From: Nautiliales bacterium
GTDB taxonomy: Bacteria > Campylobacterota > Campylobacteria > Campylobacterales > JAADDX01
Length of the DNA stretch: 64,000 bases
Direction of reading: 5' to 3'
NCBI GenBank assembly: GCA_030826765.1
Contig: JAUUDM010000025.1
Coordinates: 5,365 to 69,364, forward strand
In this document: positions 22,669-33,819 of the stretch, piece by piece
How the letters are laid out: the number at the start of each line of letters is the position of its first letter
Position numbering within the stretch: the stretch's first letter is position 1
The notes under the pieces: model-generated
Told to the model about the DNA's origin: nothing
The model's database searches: none
What the model saw: only the letters and a program-made list of their open reading frames with translations
Position numbers and translations under genes: made by a program

Positions 22669-24675
22669 ATGTTTAAATTAAATTCTACTTACAAACCAGC
22701 AGGAGACCAACCTCAAGCTATTGAAAAACTAACAAATTCAATACCAAATAATCAATATCAAACTCTTCTTGGAGTTACAGGAAGTGGTAAAACTTTTACA
22801 ATGGCAAATATAATAAAAAAACTAAATATGCCTACACTTATAATGACTCATAATAAAACATTAGCAGCCCAGCTATATAGTGAATTTAAAGAATTTTTTC
22901 CACAAAATCATGTAGAATATTTTATAAGTTATTATGACTATTATCAACCAGAAGCATACATCCCAAGACAAGATTTATTTATAGAAAAAGACAGCTCTGT
23001 TAATGATGAACTTGAAAGATTAAGAGTTTCAGCCACGGCAAGCTTGCTTCAATATGATGATGTAATAGTAATAGCATCAGTTTCAGCAAATTACGGACTT
23101 GGAAGTCCATATGAATACAAAAAAATGGTAGTTAAATTTGAATTAAATGATGAATTTAATCAAAAAGAACTTATGCTCAGACTCGTCGATATGGGTTATA
23201 CAAGAAATGATAAATTCTTTGATAGAGGCAATTTTAGAGTAAATGGAGAAGTAATCGATATATTTCCAAGTTATTATGAAGATAGATATTTGAGATTAGA
23301 ATTTTTTGGAGATGAAATTGATAGAATTGAAATTAGAGATTATTTGACAAACGAAGTAATTGAAACAAAAGAATCTTTTATGCTTTATGCTGCCAATCAG
23401 TTTATTGTTGGAGCTGATAGATTAAATGAAGCTATAAGTGAAATTGAAAAAGATTTAGGGGAAAGACTAAAAGAATTTGAAAAAGAAGGTAAATTAGTAG
23501 AAGCCCAGAGACTTCGTCAAAGAATTGAATTTGACCTTGAAATGCTTGAAACTACAGGTACTACAAAAGGAGTGGAAAACTATTCAAGATATTTAAGTGG
23601 CAAAAAACCAGGGGAAACTCCATATACATTATTTGATTATTTTGAAATAAAAAATCGTCCATATTTAGTAATAGTTGATGAATCTCATGTAAGTTTACCT
23701 CAATTTCGTGGAATGTATGCCGGAGATAGAGCTAGAAAAGAAGTTTTAGTTGATTATGGATTTAGACTTCCAAGTGCTTTGGATAACAGACCTCTTAAAT
23801 TTGATGAATTTATAAATAAAGCTCCTCATTATCTTTTCGTCTCAGCCACTCCAAAAGAAATAGAACTTGACCTATCAAGCACAGTTGCTGAGCAAATCAT
23901 AAGACCAACTGGACTATTAGATCCAATAGTTGAAATTTTTCCAAGCCAAAACCAAGTAGCACTTTTATACGATGAAATCAAAAAAAGAATTGAAAAAAAT
24001 GAAAAAGTATTAGTTACAACTCTAACTAAAAAAATGGCGGAAGAACTTCAAAAATATTATTTAGAGTTAGGACTAAAAGTAAAATATATGCATTCAGATA
24101 TAGATGTAGTTGAGAGAAATGAAATTATTAGAGGTTTAAGAAACTCAGATTTTGATGTTTTAATAGGAATTAACCTTCTTAGAGAAGGACTTGATATCCC
24201 AGAAGTTAGTTTAGTGGCTATTCTTGATGCTGATAAAGAGGGATTTTTAAGAAGTGAAACAAGCCTAATCCAAACTGCTGGAAGAGCTGCAAGAAATGTA
24301 AACGGAACAGTTTTAATGTTTGCAAATAAAATAGAAGAAAAAGTGATAGTTGATAATTTAGAAGTTTTAGAAAAGATTAAAGATAAAATCACAACTTCTA
24401 TGTATAATTCAATAAAAACTACAGTTTCAAGAAGAATAAAACAACAAGAGTATAATAAACTCCACAATATAACTCCAAAAACAACGACTAGAAAAATAGA
24501 AAAAACTCTAAAAAGTGATGAATTAGTACCAAAAGAGTTAGATAAAATACCAGCAAAAGAGAAAACTTATATATTACAACAACTTAAAAAAGAGATGTTA
24601 GAAGCAAGTAAAAATCTAGAATTTGAAAGAGCAATTGAACTTAGAGATAAAATAGAGAAATTAAAAAAGAAATAA
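22669..24675 (+). CDS. uvrB: excinuclease ABC subunit B
   Basis: 668 aa with [28 protein letters not shown] and a C-terminal UVR motif ([16 protein letters not shown]). Confidence 0.97.
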   Translation: MFKLNSTYKPAGDQPQAIEKLTNSIPNNQYQTLLGVTGSGKTFTMANIIKKLNMPTLIMTHNKTLAAQLYSEFKEFFPQNHVEYFISYYDYYQPEAYIPRQDLFIEKDSSVNDELERLRVSATASLLQYDDVIVIASVSANYGLGSPYEYKKMVVKFELNDEFNQKELMLRLVDMGYTRNDKFFDRGNFRVNGEVIDIFPSYYEDRYLRLEFFGDEIDRIEIRDYLTNEVIETKESFMLYAANQFIVGADRLNEAISEIEKDLGERLKEFEKEGKLVEAQRLRQRIEFDLEMLETTGTTKGVENYSRYLSGKKPGETPYTLFDYFEIKNRPYLVIVDESHVSLPQFRGMYAGDRARKEVLVDYGFRLPSALDNRPLKFDEFINKAPHYLFVSATPKEIELDLSSTVAEQIIRPTGLLDPIVEIFPSQNQVALLYDEIKKRIEKNEKVLVTTLTKKMAEELQKYYLELGLKVKYMHSDIDVVERNEIIRGLRNSDFDVLIGINLLREGLDIPEVSLVAILDADKEGFLRSETSLIQTAGRAARNVNGTVLMFANKIEEKVIVDNLEVLEKIKDKITTSMYNSIKTTVSRRIKQQEYNKLHNITPKTTTRKIEKTLKSDELVPKELDKIPAKEKTYILQQLKKEMLEASKNLEFERAIELRDKIEKLKKK

Positions 24676-24690
24676 GGTAAGACCTTATTT
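24670..24690. terminator. perfect 9-bp hairpin (aaataaggt-aag-accttattt) shared by convergent uvrB and apbC
   Basis: Read directly. The stem contains the uvrB TAA (24673-75) and the apbC stop (24685-87). Confidence 0.5.
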
Positions 24691-25791
24691 CATACTACAA
24701 GCACTTGGAGTTCCATTTACACCATAAATTGGTTGGATCATTTCATTACCAGCTAAATCTTCTTCAAGAACTTTTTCGATAAATGTCCATAATTCATCAG
24801 CTGCTTTTAAATATCTTTTTGCACTTTCACTCTCAGGATGTGCTACCATTATAGGATTACCTGTATCTCCACCTTCTCTAATTGCCATTTCTATTGGAAT
24901 TTCAGCTAAAACTTTAGTTCCATACTCTTTTGCAAGATCTTCACCACTTCCTTTACCAAAAATATCATACTCTTTTCCATTATCAGGACAGATAAATCCA
25001 CTCATATTTTCGATAATTCCAGCGATTGGAATATGAAGTTTTTTGAACATATCCATACTTCTTCTTGCATCATCAAGTGCAACTGTTTGAGGAGTTGTAA
25101 CTGCAACTCCCGCTGTAACTGGTACTTGTTGAGCCATAGTCATTTGAGCATCTCCTGTTCCTGGTGGCATATCGATAACTAAACAGTCTAATTCTCCCCA
25201 AGCAACATCACTCATAAATTGGTCAAGTGCTTTTACAAGCATAGCACCTCTCCACATTAAAGCTTGTCCATCTGGAAGTAAGTTTGCCATTGAAATAAAT
25301 TTAATTCCATAATTTTCAAATGGTTTTACCTGTGTTTCATTTACAACAACAGGTTTTTCATTTTGTTTTCCAAGCATTCTTGAAATGTTTGGTCCATAAA
25401 TATCACCATCTAAAATACCTACTTTTTTACCTTGAGCGGCTAATGCAAGTGCTAAATTTACAGTAGTTGTTGATTTCCCTACTCCACCTTTTCCACTTGA
25501 TACCATTACGAAACTTTTAACAAATGGCATTTTATTCATACCTCTACTTGAAGTTTCTCTTGGTTTTTTTGGTCTTATGATATTTACATTTGCTTCAATT
25601 CCAGCCTCTTTAAAAGCTTCAACTGTAGCATCATTTAGTTTTTGTGCTACCTCATCATCACTTGATGGAATTTCAAAAGTAACAATTACGCTTTTCCCAT
25701 CTTCACTTTCATCCATACTTTTTACGAATCCAAAATCTACTATTGATTTTTTAAATCCTGGATACATAACTTTTTTTAGAATATCATTCAT
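24685..25791 (-). CDS. apbC: Mrp/ApbC-family Fe-S cluster carrier ATPase
   Basis: 368 aa with an N-terminal MIP18/DUF59-like domain, the deviant Walker [12 protein letters not shown], and a CPxxG motif (FICPDNGK). Confidence 0.9.
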   Translation of the reverse strand: MNDILKKVMYPGFKKSIVDFGFVKSMDESEDGKSVIVTFEIPSSDDEVAQKLNDATVEAFKEAGIEANVNIIRPKKPRETSSRGMNKMPFVKSFVMVSSGKGGVGKSTTTVNLALALAAQGKKVGILDGDIYGPNISRMLGKQNEKPVVVNETQVKPFENYGIKFISMANLLPDGQALMWRGAMLVKALDQFMSDVAWGELDCLVIDMPPGTGDAQMTMAQQVPVTAGVAVTTPQTVALDDARRSMDMFKKLHIPIAGIIENMSGFICPDNGKEYDIFGKGSGEDLAKEYGTKVLAEIPIEMAIREGGDTGNPIMVAHPESESAKRYLKAADELWTFIEKVLEEDLAGNEMIQPIYGVNGTPSACSMK

Positions 25792-27167
25792 TTCTTTTCT
25801 CCTTTTTCTAATCTTTCTTGTGCTTCTTCTTTAAATTTTTCCCAATCAAAATTTTCTAAACTATCTTGTGTAACTTTGTAACTACAAAATTTAGGCCCAC
25901 ACATTGAACAAAATTCTGCTTCTTTGAATACTTCTTGTGGAAGTGTTTCGTCGTGATACTCTTTTGCTCTATCTGGATCAAGTGCTAATTCAAATTGAGT
26001 TTTCCAATCAAAATGATATCTTGCATCACTCATTTTATCATCAACATCTCTAGCCCCTGGTCTTTTTCTACCTATATCAGCCCCATGAGCTGCTATTTTA
26101 TAAGCAATAATTCCTTCTCTTACATCTTCATCGTTTGGAAGTCCTAAATGTTCTTTTGGAGTAACATAACAAAGCATACTAACTCCATACCATCCTGCCA
26201 TTGCTGCCCCTATTGCACTTCCAATATGGTCATACCCCGCTCCAATATCAATAATTAACGGCCCTAATACATAAAAAGGCGCTTCGTGGCAATAGATTTT
26301 TTCTAATTTCACATTTCTTTCAATCTCATTAATTGGAACGTGTCCTGGACCTTCTATCATTACTTGAACATCTTTTTCCCAAGCTTTTAGAGTAAGTTCT
26401 CCTAAAATTTTTAGTTCACCAATTTGCGCTTCATCACTTGAATCATACAAACATCCGGGTCTCAAAGAATCACCAAGTGATAATGAAACATCATATTTTC
26501 TACAAATATCCAAAATTTCATCAAAAGCTGTATAAAATGGATTTTCTTTGTGATGTTCTAACATCCAAGAAGCCATCAAACTTCCACCACGACTAACGAT
26601 TCCCATTTTTCTTTTTGCAATAATAGGCATATGCTTAAGTAAAAGTCCAGCATGGATTGTAAAATAACTTACCCCTTGTTTTGCTTGTCTTTCTAAAACT
26701 TCAAGCATTTTTGGAATTGTTAGTTTTTTTACATCTCCAATTTCATCAATAATTTGATAAATAGGAACAGTACCAATCGGCACAGTAGATGCACCAATAA
26801 CCGCTTCTCTAATTTCATCAAGTTTTCCACCTGTACTTAAATCCATAATTGTATCAGCACCATATTTTATAGAAGTTTTTACTTTTTTTACTTCTTCTTC
26901 TATATTACTTGCTAAAGCACTTGCACCGATATTTGAATTGATTTTACATTTACTTGCAATTCCAATTGCCATAGGTTTTAGATGTGTATGGTTAATATTA
27001 GCTGGAATTATAAGTCTTCCTCTTGCTACTTCACTTCTTACAAATTCAGCTTCTAAATTTTCAACTTCGGCAACATATTCCATTTCTGGAGTAATAATAC
27101 CTTGTTTTGCATAATACATTTGAGTTCTAACTTCACCGGTTCTTTCTTTTACCCACTCTTTTCTCAT
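25788..27167 (-). CDS. thiC: phosphomethylpyrimidine synthase
   Basis: 459 aa with typical ThiC blocks ([17 protein letters not shown]) and the C-terminal cluster motif [10 protein letters not shown]. Confidence 0.96.
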   Translation of the reverse strand: MRKEWVKERTGEVRTQMYYAKQGIITPEMEYVAEVENLEAEFVRSEVARGRLIIPANINHTHLKPMAIGIASKCKINSNIGASALASNIEEEVKKVKTSIKYGADTIMDLSTGGKLDEIREAVIGASTVPIGTVPIYQIIDEIGDVKKLTIPKMLEVLERQAKQGVSYFTIHAGLLLKHMPIIAKRKMGIVSRGGSLMASWMLEHHKENPFYTAFDEILDICRKYDVSLSLGDSLRPGCLYDSSDEAQIGELKILGELTLKAWEKDVQVMIEGPGHVPINEIERNVKLEKIYCHEAPFYVLGPLIIDIGAGYDHIGSAIGAAMAGWYGVSMLCYVTPKEHLGLPNDEDVREGIIAYKIAAHGADIGRKRPGARDVDDKMSDARYHFDWKTQFELALDPDRAKEYHDETLPQEVFKEAEFCSMCGPKFCSYKVTQDSLENFDWEKFKEEAQERLEKGEKK

Positions 27168-27287
27168 AAAAATCCTTAAATTTTATATTTTATAACTTTT
27201 CCGTAATTTATCAAACTTTTCTTAAAATAAGATTAAATTACTCTAATTATCAAAATTAACATATCATTTTCAATTTTTTTAAAAAAA

Positions 27288-27296
27288 GTGTATAAT
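27288..27296 (+). promoter_or_regulatory. -10 region GTGTATAAT for ispDF
   Basis: TATAAT at 27291-27296 lies 33 nt upstream of the proposed TTG start, which has SD aaggaaa. The same GTGTATAAT nonamer is found upstream of the cyd operon. Confidence 0.5.
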
Positions 27297-27329
27297 TTCG
27301 TAACACTTTATCAAATAAAAGGAAATAGT

Positions 27330-28433
27330 TTGGATATTAGTTTAGTTATTTTAAGTGCAGGTAACAGCACAAGGTTTAAAAGTGTTACAAAAAAGCAATG
27401 GATAAGAGTGAAAAATGATCCATTGTGGAAATTTGTAGCAGATAGATTAAATAATTTTTATAATTTTAAAGAAACAATTATTACAGCAAATAAAAATGAA
27501 ACTAAATTATATAAGTTACTAAGTGATTATAAAATAGTTGAAGGTGGAACTTCTAGACAAGAATCATTAAAAAAAGCACTTGAAAACATCAATACAAAAT
27601 ATGTTTTAGTAACAGATGTTGCAAGAGCATGTGTAACTAAAAAAATGATAAAAAAATTTATTAAAGAAGCTAAAAATTTTGACTGTGTAGTTCCATATTT
27701 ACCAGTAGTTGATACAGTTATTTATAAAAACCATACAATTGATAGAAATGAAGTTAAACTAATCCAAACACCACAACTTAGTAAAACTAAAATCTTAAAA
27801 AAAGCACTCAAAACAAATCAACAATTTACAGATGATAGCAGTGCTATTAAAAATATTGGTGGGAAAATAGGATATGTTTTAGGAGATGAAAAAGCTAAAA
27901 AAATTACTTTTAAAGGCGATGAAAAACTTAAATGTTTAAAACCTGCAAGTAAATTAATTTTCACTGGAAATGGATATGATATTCATCAATTTACTCAAAA
28001 TAAAAAAATGGTTCTTTGTGGAGTAGAAATAGAATCTAATTTTGGTTTTCTTGCTCATTCAGATGGAGATGTTGCAATTCATTCAATTATTGATGCCTTG
28101 CTTGGGGCAGCTGGTTATGGAGATATTGGAGAATTTTTCCCAGATAATGATCCATCTTTTAAAAATGCAGATAGCAAAAAATTACTCAAATATGTAGTAA
28201 ATTTATTAGAAACTACTGGATATGAAATTGTAAATATTGATGTAACTATAATAGCCCAAACTCCAAAACTTAGTCCATATAAAAAAGAGATGAAAAAAAG
28301 TATCCAAAATTTAACAAAATGTAAAAATATAAACATCAAAGCTACAACAAATGAAAAACTTGATAGTATAGGTGAAAAAAAAGCAATTGCAGTGATAAGT
28401 AATGCAAATATAAAATTTAAGGAAGAAAAATGA
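27330..28433 (+). CDS. ispDF: bifunctional 2-C-methyl-D-erythritol 4-phosphate cytidylyltransferase / MEcPP synthase
   Basis: The N-terminal half has the IspD motif LSAGNSTRF. The C-terminal half has the IspF motifs GYDIHQF and AHSDGDVAIH. I start at TTG 27330, 6 nt after AAGGA. The track's GTG at 27288 lies inside the -10 box. Confidence 0.92.
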   Translation: MDISLVILSAGNSTRFKSVTKKQWIRVKNDPLWKFVADRLNNFYNFKETIITANKNETKLYKLLSDYKIVEGGTSRQESLKKALENINTKYVLVTDVARACVTKKMIKKFIKEAKNFDCVVPYLPVVDTVIYKNHTIDRNEVKLIQTPQLSKTKILKKALKTNQQFTDDSSAIKNIGGKIGYVLGDEKAKKITFKGDEKLKCLKPASKLIFTGNGYDIHQFTQNKKMVLCGVEIESNFGFLAHSDGDVAIHSIIDALLGAAGYGDIGEFFPDNDPSFKNADSKKLLKYVVNLLETTGYEIVNIDVTIIAQTPKLSPYKKEMKKSIQNLTKCKNINIKATTNEKLDSIGEKKAIAVISNANIKFKEEK

Positions 28434-29317
28434 ATATTTTAATAGCAGAAGATGAACTATATTTAGCACAAAGTATTAAAAATTCATTATCAGAACATAT
28501 AAAAGACAGTTATATAGAAACTGTCACAACTGCAAATGATGCAATAAATTTAAAAAAACATTACGAAATCATAATTCTTTCAATAACTTTAAATGGAAAC
28601 GTATATGATGTAATAGAAAAATATAAAAATTCAACTATAATTCTTTTAGTTCCATATATAAATCACGATACAATTACAGCACCTCTTAATGCCGGGGCTG
28701 ATACATACATTTTAAAACCATTTATGATTGAAGAGCTTATTAGAAAAATAGAACATCATCTAGAATTTAAACAGTTAAAAAGAGATTATAAAACTCTAAA
28801 ATCATATTTTAATATTCTATTTAAAGATTTAGAAGACTCAAATATTGAAAATATAGAATTTCCACTATTTATCAAATCAAAAAATAGAAAAAAAGTAGAT
28901 AAAATTGTATTTGATATTTCAAAAAAAACAAATATACCAATCTCTTTTTATGATTTAAAAGATAAATGTGATTTTAATAAAATAGAAAAAGATAATCATT
29001 TACTATACTTATTAAATTTTGATACATTAAAAAGTAATTCAATATCAAAACTTTTTGATATTATAAGTAATAAAAAAGTAATAATTGAACTTGATAACAA
29101 CTCTTCATTTGAACATCCAAATATGATAACACTTAAAAATGATAAACAAGAAATAAATGAAGAAAATTCTATTTTATCAGTAGAAGATTATATTAAATAT
29201 GTAATAAAAACATATGAATCTAAATATCCTGATACAGAGCTTTCTAAAAAATTAGGAATTAGTAGAAAATCTTTATGGGAAAAAAGGAAAAAATATGGAA
29301 TTAATAAGAAAAAATAA
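28430..29317 (+). CDS. atypical orphan response regulator, HP1021/CemR-like
   Basis: 295 aa. The receiver-like N-terminus (MNILIAEDE...ILKPF) has Ser in place of the phospho-acceptor Asp (IIILSITLNG). C-terminal Fis-type HTH (LSKKLGISRKSLWEKRKKYGI). It sits directly downstream of ispDF, as HP1021 follows HP1020 in H. pylori. Confidence 0.75.
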   Translation: MNILIAEDELYLAQSIKNSLSEHIKDSYIETVTTANDAINLKKHYEIIILSITLNGNVYDVIEKYKNSTIILLVPYINHDTITAPLNAGADTYILKPFMIEELIRKIEHHLEFKQLKRDYKTLKSYFNILFKDLEDSNIENIEFPLFIKSKNRKKVDKIVFDISKKTNIPISFYDLKDKCDFNKIEKDNHLLYLLNFDTLKSNSISKLFDIISNKKVIIELDNNSSFEHPNMITLKNDKQEINEENSILSVEDYIKYVIKTYESKYPDTELSKKLGISRKSLWEKRKKYGINKKK

Positions 29318-30482
29318 ACTTTTTATAGATAATGAAGCTTTTATAACATTATCTATGATGATTGAAGGATTATTGTATCCGGTAACCCATCTTATGAATT
29401 CCAAAGAAAATGATGAAGTAAATAAAACAAAAACTTATAATAGTATGACTTTCCCTTTTTCCTTTATATTAGCTCCAGCTGGTAAAAGAAACGAAGAAAT
29501 TCTAAAACAAACTAAAAAAAATGATATAGTTGAATTATATTGTAAAAATAAAAAAGTTGGACAAATAGAAGTAGAAGAAGTTTTTAAAATAGATAAATAT
29601 AAAAGAGTAAAACTTATTTATGGCTCAGATGATTTAAATAATGAAAATATAGCAAAAACACTAAATAGACTTGGAAATTATGCAATTAGTGGAAAATTAA
29701 AATTAATAGACTCTCCAATAAAAAAAGACTTAAAAAGAGTTAAAAATAGTATTAAGCAAATAAATGCAAAAAATGTAGTCGGTATGACAACAAATGCAAA
29801 TCCTTTTCATAGAGTTCATGAAAGAATAGTCCGTTTAGCACTTGAAAATAATGATATGGTTATTCTGTTTTTAGCTAAAAATTTAGCAACAGATGAAATA
29901 AAGTATGAAACAAGATACAATGTATTACAAAAAATAGCAGATAATTTTTTCCCAAAAAACAGAGTTTTAGTAGTACCACTTTATAATACTTATATTTTTG
30001 CAGGACTTAATGAAGTTATAATAGATTCATTAGTTATAAAAAACTTTGGATGTAATAAATTTTTAATGGGGCAAACTCATGAAGGCCTTGGTATTCATTA
30101 TTCTAATCAACATATAAAATCAATTTTTGATGTTTTAAAAGGAATTAATTTAGAAACTATTGCTATAAATGAATATGTATATTGTGATATATGTAAAACA
30201 ATGGTAAGTACAAATTCTTGCCCACATGGAAGTCATCATCATATAAATTATCACTCAGAAGCACTGCTTGAACTACTTAAAAATGGTATAATCCCTCCAC
30301 CAATTATGATGAGAAAAGAAGTTAGTTCAATATATCTAACTTCACTTTTTCCAAATAGATTTAAAAATTTACAAAAATTATATTTTGATTTAATTCCAAA
30401 CAAAGGTATAATTGAAAATCACACTGAAGAAGAGTTATACATAGCTTTATCTAAACTATATCAAACAACATCAATGACATAA
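29295..30482 (+). CDS. ATP-sulfurylase-like protein with substituted catalytic motifs
   Basis: 395 aa. GMTTNANPFHRVHE aligns to QTRNPxHRxHE, and IFAGLNEVIIDSLVIKNFGCNKFLMGQTHEGLG aligns to MRYAGPREAIxHAxxRKNYGCTHFIVGRDHAGVG. It also has a C-terminal Cys/His cluster CDICKTMVSTNSCPHGSHHH. Confidence 0.65.
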   Translation: MELIRKNKLFIDNEAFITLSMMIEGLLYPVTHLMNSKENDEVNKTKTYNSMTFPFSFILAPAGKRNEEILKQTKKNDIVELYCKNKKVGQIEVEEVFKIDKYKRVKLIYGSDDLNNENIAKTLNRLGNYAISGKLKLIDSPIKKDLKRVKNSIKQINAKNVVGMTTNANPFHRVHERIVRLALENNDMVILFLAKNLATDEIKYETRYNVLQKIADNFFPKNRVLVVPLYNTYIFAGLNEVIIDSLVIKNFGCNKFLMGQTHEGLGIHYSNQHIKSIFDVLKGINLETIAINEYVYCDICKTMVSTNSCPHGSHHHINYHSEALLELLKNGIIPPPIMMRKEVSSIYLTSLFPNRFKNLQKLYFDLIPNKGIIENHTEEELYIALSKLYQTTSMT

Positions 30483-30491
30483 AGGTTTAAA

Positions 30492-30950
30492 ATGAGAAAA
30501 TTTTTTATATATGGACTAAATAGTGGTCTTTTACCAAAAGCTCCAGGAACATGGGGAAGTATAGTTGGAGGAATTTTAGGTTATATAATTTTACTATTCT
30601 TACCACAATCAACTCTATTTTTACTTTCAATTTTAGTTACTTTAATAGCAGTAAGAGAGATAAATATTTATGAAAAAGAAACAAAAATTCATGATGATAA
30701 AAGAATCGTAATTGATGAAATTGTAGGAATGTGGCTTGCTATGAGTTTAGCTGGTGGAAGCATACTTACTACTATTTTAAGTTTTCTTTATTTTAGAATT
30801 TTTGATATAAGCAAACCTTCAATTATTGGTAAAATCGATGAAAAAGTTGATGGTGGTTGGGGAGTTATGGGAGATGATATAGTTGCTGGAATTGCTGCTG
30901 GTATAAGTGCAAGTGCCACCATACTTTTAATTTCAAAATTTATAGGATAA
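30492..30950 (+). CDS. pgpA: phosphatidylglycerophosphatase A
   Basis: 152 aa with PGTWGS, DEIVGMW and GVMGDD motifs. Confidence 0.88.
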   Translation: MRKFFIYGLNSGLLPKAPGTWGSIVGGILGYIILLFLPQSTLFLLSILVTLIAVREINIYEKETKIHDDKRIVIDEIVGMWLAMSLAGGSILTTILSFLYFRIFDISKPSIIGKIDEKVDGGWGVMGDDIVAGIAAGISASATILLISKFIG

Positions 30951-30952
30951 AA

Positions 30953-31558
30953 ATGTTTTTACTACTCTTTTTCCCTTTTTTATTATTTGCCTCAGTTATT
31001 GAAAATAATATAACTTCTGTTTACAAACAAACTTTTAAAAATATAAAAATTGAAAATTTAGCACTAAAATATTATGGTAAAAAACCAACTAAAATAAAAA
31101 CTATCGATATAACAAACATTAATCCTAAAAATCCAAAAGGAATAATAAAAATAAATGGTATAAAATTTATCTACTATAAATTAAATGCTAAAATAAAAAT
31201 ATTGAAATCTACAAAGATTATAAATAAAAATGAAAAAATAACTAAAACTAACGCAGAACTAACTTGGATTCCTTTAAAAAACTTATATAAACTTCCTATG
31301 AGTAATTTTCCTAAAAATAGTGTAGCTAAAATGTATATTCCAAATAATCACATTATATATCAATATATGGTTACAAGTCCTGATTTAATTAGAAGGAATT
31401 CTCCTATTACAGTTATTTCAAAAAGTGGTGGAATTGAAATGAGTTTTGAAGCTACTGCTATACAAAATGGAAAAGCTGGGGATATAATTAAAGTAAAAGA
31501 TAAAAACAATCATATATATAAAGTTAAAATCGATAAACAAGGAAATGGAATATTATGA
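30953..31558 (+). CDS. flgA: flagellar basal-body P-ring formation chaperone
   Basis: 201 aa with a signal peptide, a SAF-like region and the C-terminal GKAGDIIKVKDKNNHIYKVKIDKQGNG. Confidence 0.75.
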   Translation: MFLLLFFPFLLFASVIENNITSVYKQTFKNIKIENLALKYYGKKPTKIKTIDITNINPKNPKGIIKINGIKFIYYKLNAKIKILKSTKIINKNEKITKTNAELTWIPLKNLYKLPMSNFPKNSVAKMYIPNNHIIYQYMVTSPDLIRRNSPITVISKSGGIEMSFEATAIQNGKAGDIIKVKDKNNHIYKVKIDKQGNGIL

Positions 31559-32064
31559 AAATTTTAGTAGCAATTACAGGTGCAAGTGGATTTAGTTTAG
31601 GAAAAAAGTGTTTTGAATTGGCACCAAAAGAAAAATATTTAATAGTTTCAGATAAAGCAAAAATAGTCGCTAAAAAAGAAGAAAATATTTTTGATAACTC
31701 TGATATTTCTGCTCCAAGTGCAAGTGGAAGTTTTGGCATAGATATTATGATGATTACTCCTTGTAGTATGAATACTTTAGCAAAAATAGCAAATGGAATA
31801 GAAGATAATCTCATCACTCGCTCAGCTGCAGTTATGATAAAAGAAAAAAAAACCTTACTTTTAGCCCCAAGAGAAATGCCATTTAGTCCTATTCATTTGG
31901 AAAATATGCTAAAATTATCTCGTTTAGGTGTTATAATAGCACCTCCAATTTTGGGATACTATTCAAATCAAGAATTTTTAGAAGATATGGAAAATTTTAT
32001 AATTGGAAAATGGTTTGATTTGGTTGGAATTGAAAATAATTTATATAAAAGGTGGCAAGGTTGA
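31555..32064 (+). CDS. ubiX: flavin prenyltransferase UbiX
   Basis: 169 aa with ITGASG, PCSMNTLAKIANG and LLAPREMP motifs. Confidence 0.88.
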   Translation: MKILVAITGASGFSLGKKCFELAPKEKYLIVSDKAKIVAKKEENIFDNSDISAPSASGSFGIDIMMITPCSMNTLAKIANGIEDNLITRSAAVMIKEKKTLLLAPREMPFSPIHLENMLKLSRLGVIIAPPILGYYSNQEFLEDMENFIIGKWFDLVGIENNLYKRWQG

Positions 32065-32549
32065 AATTAAAAGCAATTTATCCTGGGACTTTTGATCCTA
32101 TTACCAATGGACATTTAGATATTATCAAAAGAGCGTGTAAAATGTTTGATACTATTATAGTAGCAGTGGCAAATAATAAATCAAAAAACTCTATGTTTAA
32201 TTTAGAAAAAAGAGTAGAAATGGTGAAAATTGCTACACAAAATATGCCCAAAATTGAAGTAAAAGAGTTTAATTCTCTTTTAGTTAATTTTGCTAAAAAA
32301 GAAAAAGCTAAAATAATAATTAGAGGTCTTCGTGCAGTAAGTGATTTTGAATATGAACTTCAAATGAGTTATGCTAATCAAAGTTTAGATAACTCTATTG
32401 AAACTATATTTTTAATGCCAACTCTAAATAACGCATTTATTTCATCAAGTATAGTTAGAAATATTCTTGCTTATAATGGAGATATTAGCCATTTAGTACC
32501 AAAAGAGATAGAAAAAATACTAAAGGAAAAAAATGTATATAGCAATTGA
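32052..32549 (+). CDS. coaD: phosphopantetheine adenylyltransferase
   Basis: YPGTFDPITNGH and RGLRAVSDFEYE motifs. The true start may be the TTG at 32061. Confidence 0.93.
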   Translation: MARLKLKAIYPGTFDPITNGHLDIIKRACKMFDTIIVAVANNKSKNSMFNLEKRVEMVKIATQNMPKIEVKEFNSLLVNFAKKEKAKIIIRGLRAVSDFEYELQMSYANQSLDNSIETIFLMPTLNNAFISSSIVRNILAYNGDISHLVPKEIEKILKEKNVYSN

Positions 32550-33108
32550 AGGAATAGATACTGCTGGAAAAAGCACTCAAATTGAATTATTAAAAGAAAA
32601 ATTTCAAAATGCCCTATTTATAAAAGAACCGGGACAAAGTGAAGTTGGAAAAACTTTAAGAGAAATAATTTTTAATAAAAATATTTCAAAAAAAACAGAA
32701 CTTTTTTTGTTTCTTGCAGATAGAAGTGAAACTATTGAAACTATTGTTAAACCTAATTTAGATAAATTGATTATAAGTGATAGAAGTTTGATAAGTGGAA
32801 TTGCTTATGGACTTGAATATTTTAACTATTTAGAATTAGAAATGTTTAATACTTTTGCAACTGATAAAATTTATCCTGATTTAGTAGTGATTTTAAAACT
32901 TGATAGAGCTACTCTTGAAGAAAGATTATCAGCTAAAAAACACGATAATATAGAAAAAAGAGGAATTGATTATCTACTTTCTATTCAAGATAATTTAATT
33001 GAAGTTACAAATAATTTATGTATAAATTCTTTAATAATTGACGCAACTTTAAGTATAGAAAAAATTCATCAAAAAATTATGGAGCAAATTGATGTGGAAA
33101 ATAATTAA
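32533..33108 (+). CDS. tmk: thymidylate kinase
   Basis: 191 aa with the P-loop [11 protein letters not shown] and a DR(S/Y) motif (ISDRSLISG). Confidence 0.9.
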   Translation: MYIAIEGIDTAGKSTQIELLKEKFQNALFIKEPGQSEVGKTLREIIFNKNISKKTELFLFLADRSETIETIVKPNLDKLIISDRSLISGIAYGLEYFNYLELEMFNTFATDKIYPDLVVILKLDRATLEERLSAKKHDNIEKRGIDYLLSIQDNLIEVTNNLCINSLIIDATLSIEKIHQKIMEQIDVENN

Positions 33109-33784
33109 AGAAGATTTTGCAGTAGTTTATAAAAAAGATCCTGCAATTAATTCTAAAATAGAACTATTTTTTAATTACCCCGGAGTTTGGGCTATTTTTT
33201 GGTATAGGATTGCAAATAAACTATATAAAAAAGGCTTTAAATTAATTGCAAGAATTTTAATGGGAATAAATCAAATTTTTACAAATATAGATATTCATCC
33301 AGGTGCAACGATAGGTAGAAGAGTTTTTATAGACCACGGAATTGGGGTTGTAGTTGGAGAAACTACAATTATTGGAGATGATGTCACAATTTATCAAGGA
33401 GTAACACTCGGAGGAGTTAGTCTAAATAAAGGGAAAAGACACCCTACTATTGAAGATAATGTAACAATTGGTGGAGGTGCTAAAATCTTAGGTAATATAA
33501 CTATTGGAAAAGGTAGTAAAATAGGAGCAAATTCCGTGGTTGTAAAAGATGTTCCGTCTGAATCAACTGTAGTTGGAATTCCTGGTAAAATTATACATAG
33601 AAAAGAAAATGAACCATTAAGTCACAATAAATTACCTGATATTGATAAAGAACTTTTTGTTTATTTATTTGAAAGAATTAAAATTTTAGAAGAAAGCTTA
33701 GAAAAAGAAGATATCAATATTACTCAAAAAGATGAAGAATTAGTAAAAAAATATGAAGAATATATCCAAAGTTTAAAACAATAA
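33089..33784 (+). CDS. cysE: serine O-acetyltransferase
   Basis: 231 aa with N-terminal SATase helices and left-handed hexapeptide repeats ([41 protein letters not shown]). Confidence 0.9.
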   Translation: MMWKIIKEDFAVVYKKDPAINSKIELFFNYPGVWAIFWYRIANKLYKKGFKLIARILMGINQIFTNIDIHPGATIGRRVFIDHGIGVVVGETTIIGDDVTIYQGVTLGGVSLNKGKRHPTIEDNVTIGGGAKILGNITIGKGSKIGANSVVVKDVPSESTVVGIPGKIIHRKENEPLSHNKLPDIDKELFVYLFERIKILEESLEKEDINITQKDEELVKKYEEYIQSLKQ

Positions 33785-33793
33785 TGTTATAAT
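33785..33793 (+). promoter_or_regulatory. extended -10 box TGTTATAAT upstream of the aminotransferase gene
   Basis: Exact TGnTATAAT, 26 nt before the ATG at 33820, with SD aaaggaag in between. Confidence 0.5.
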
Positions 33794-33819
33794 TATGTAT
33801 ATTAAAATAAAGGAAGAAT

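Noticed and set aside
27168-27287. Expected a TPP riboswitch in the 5' leader of thiC (minus strand).
   Set aside because: The spacer is almost pure A/T. It lacks the conserved CUGAGA and ACCUGAUCUGGAUAAUGCCAGCG-type elements and has no GC-paired helices on either strand. It looks like a plain divergent promoter region.
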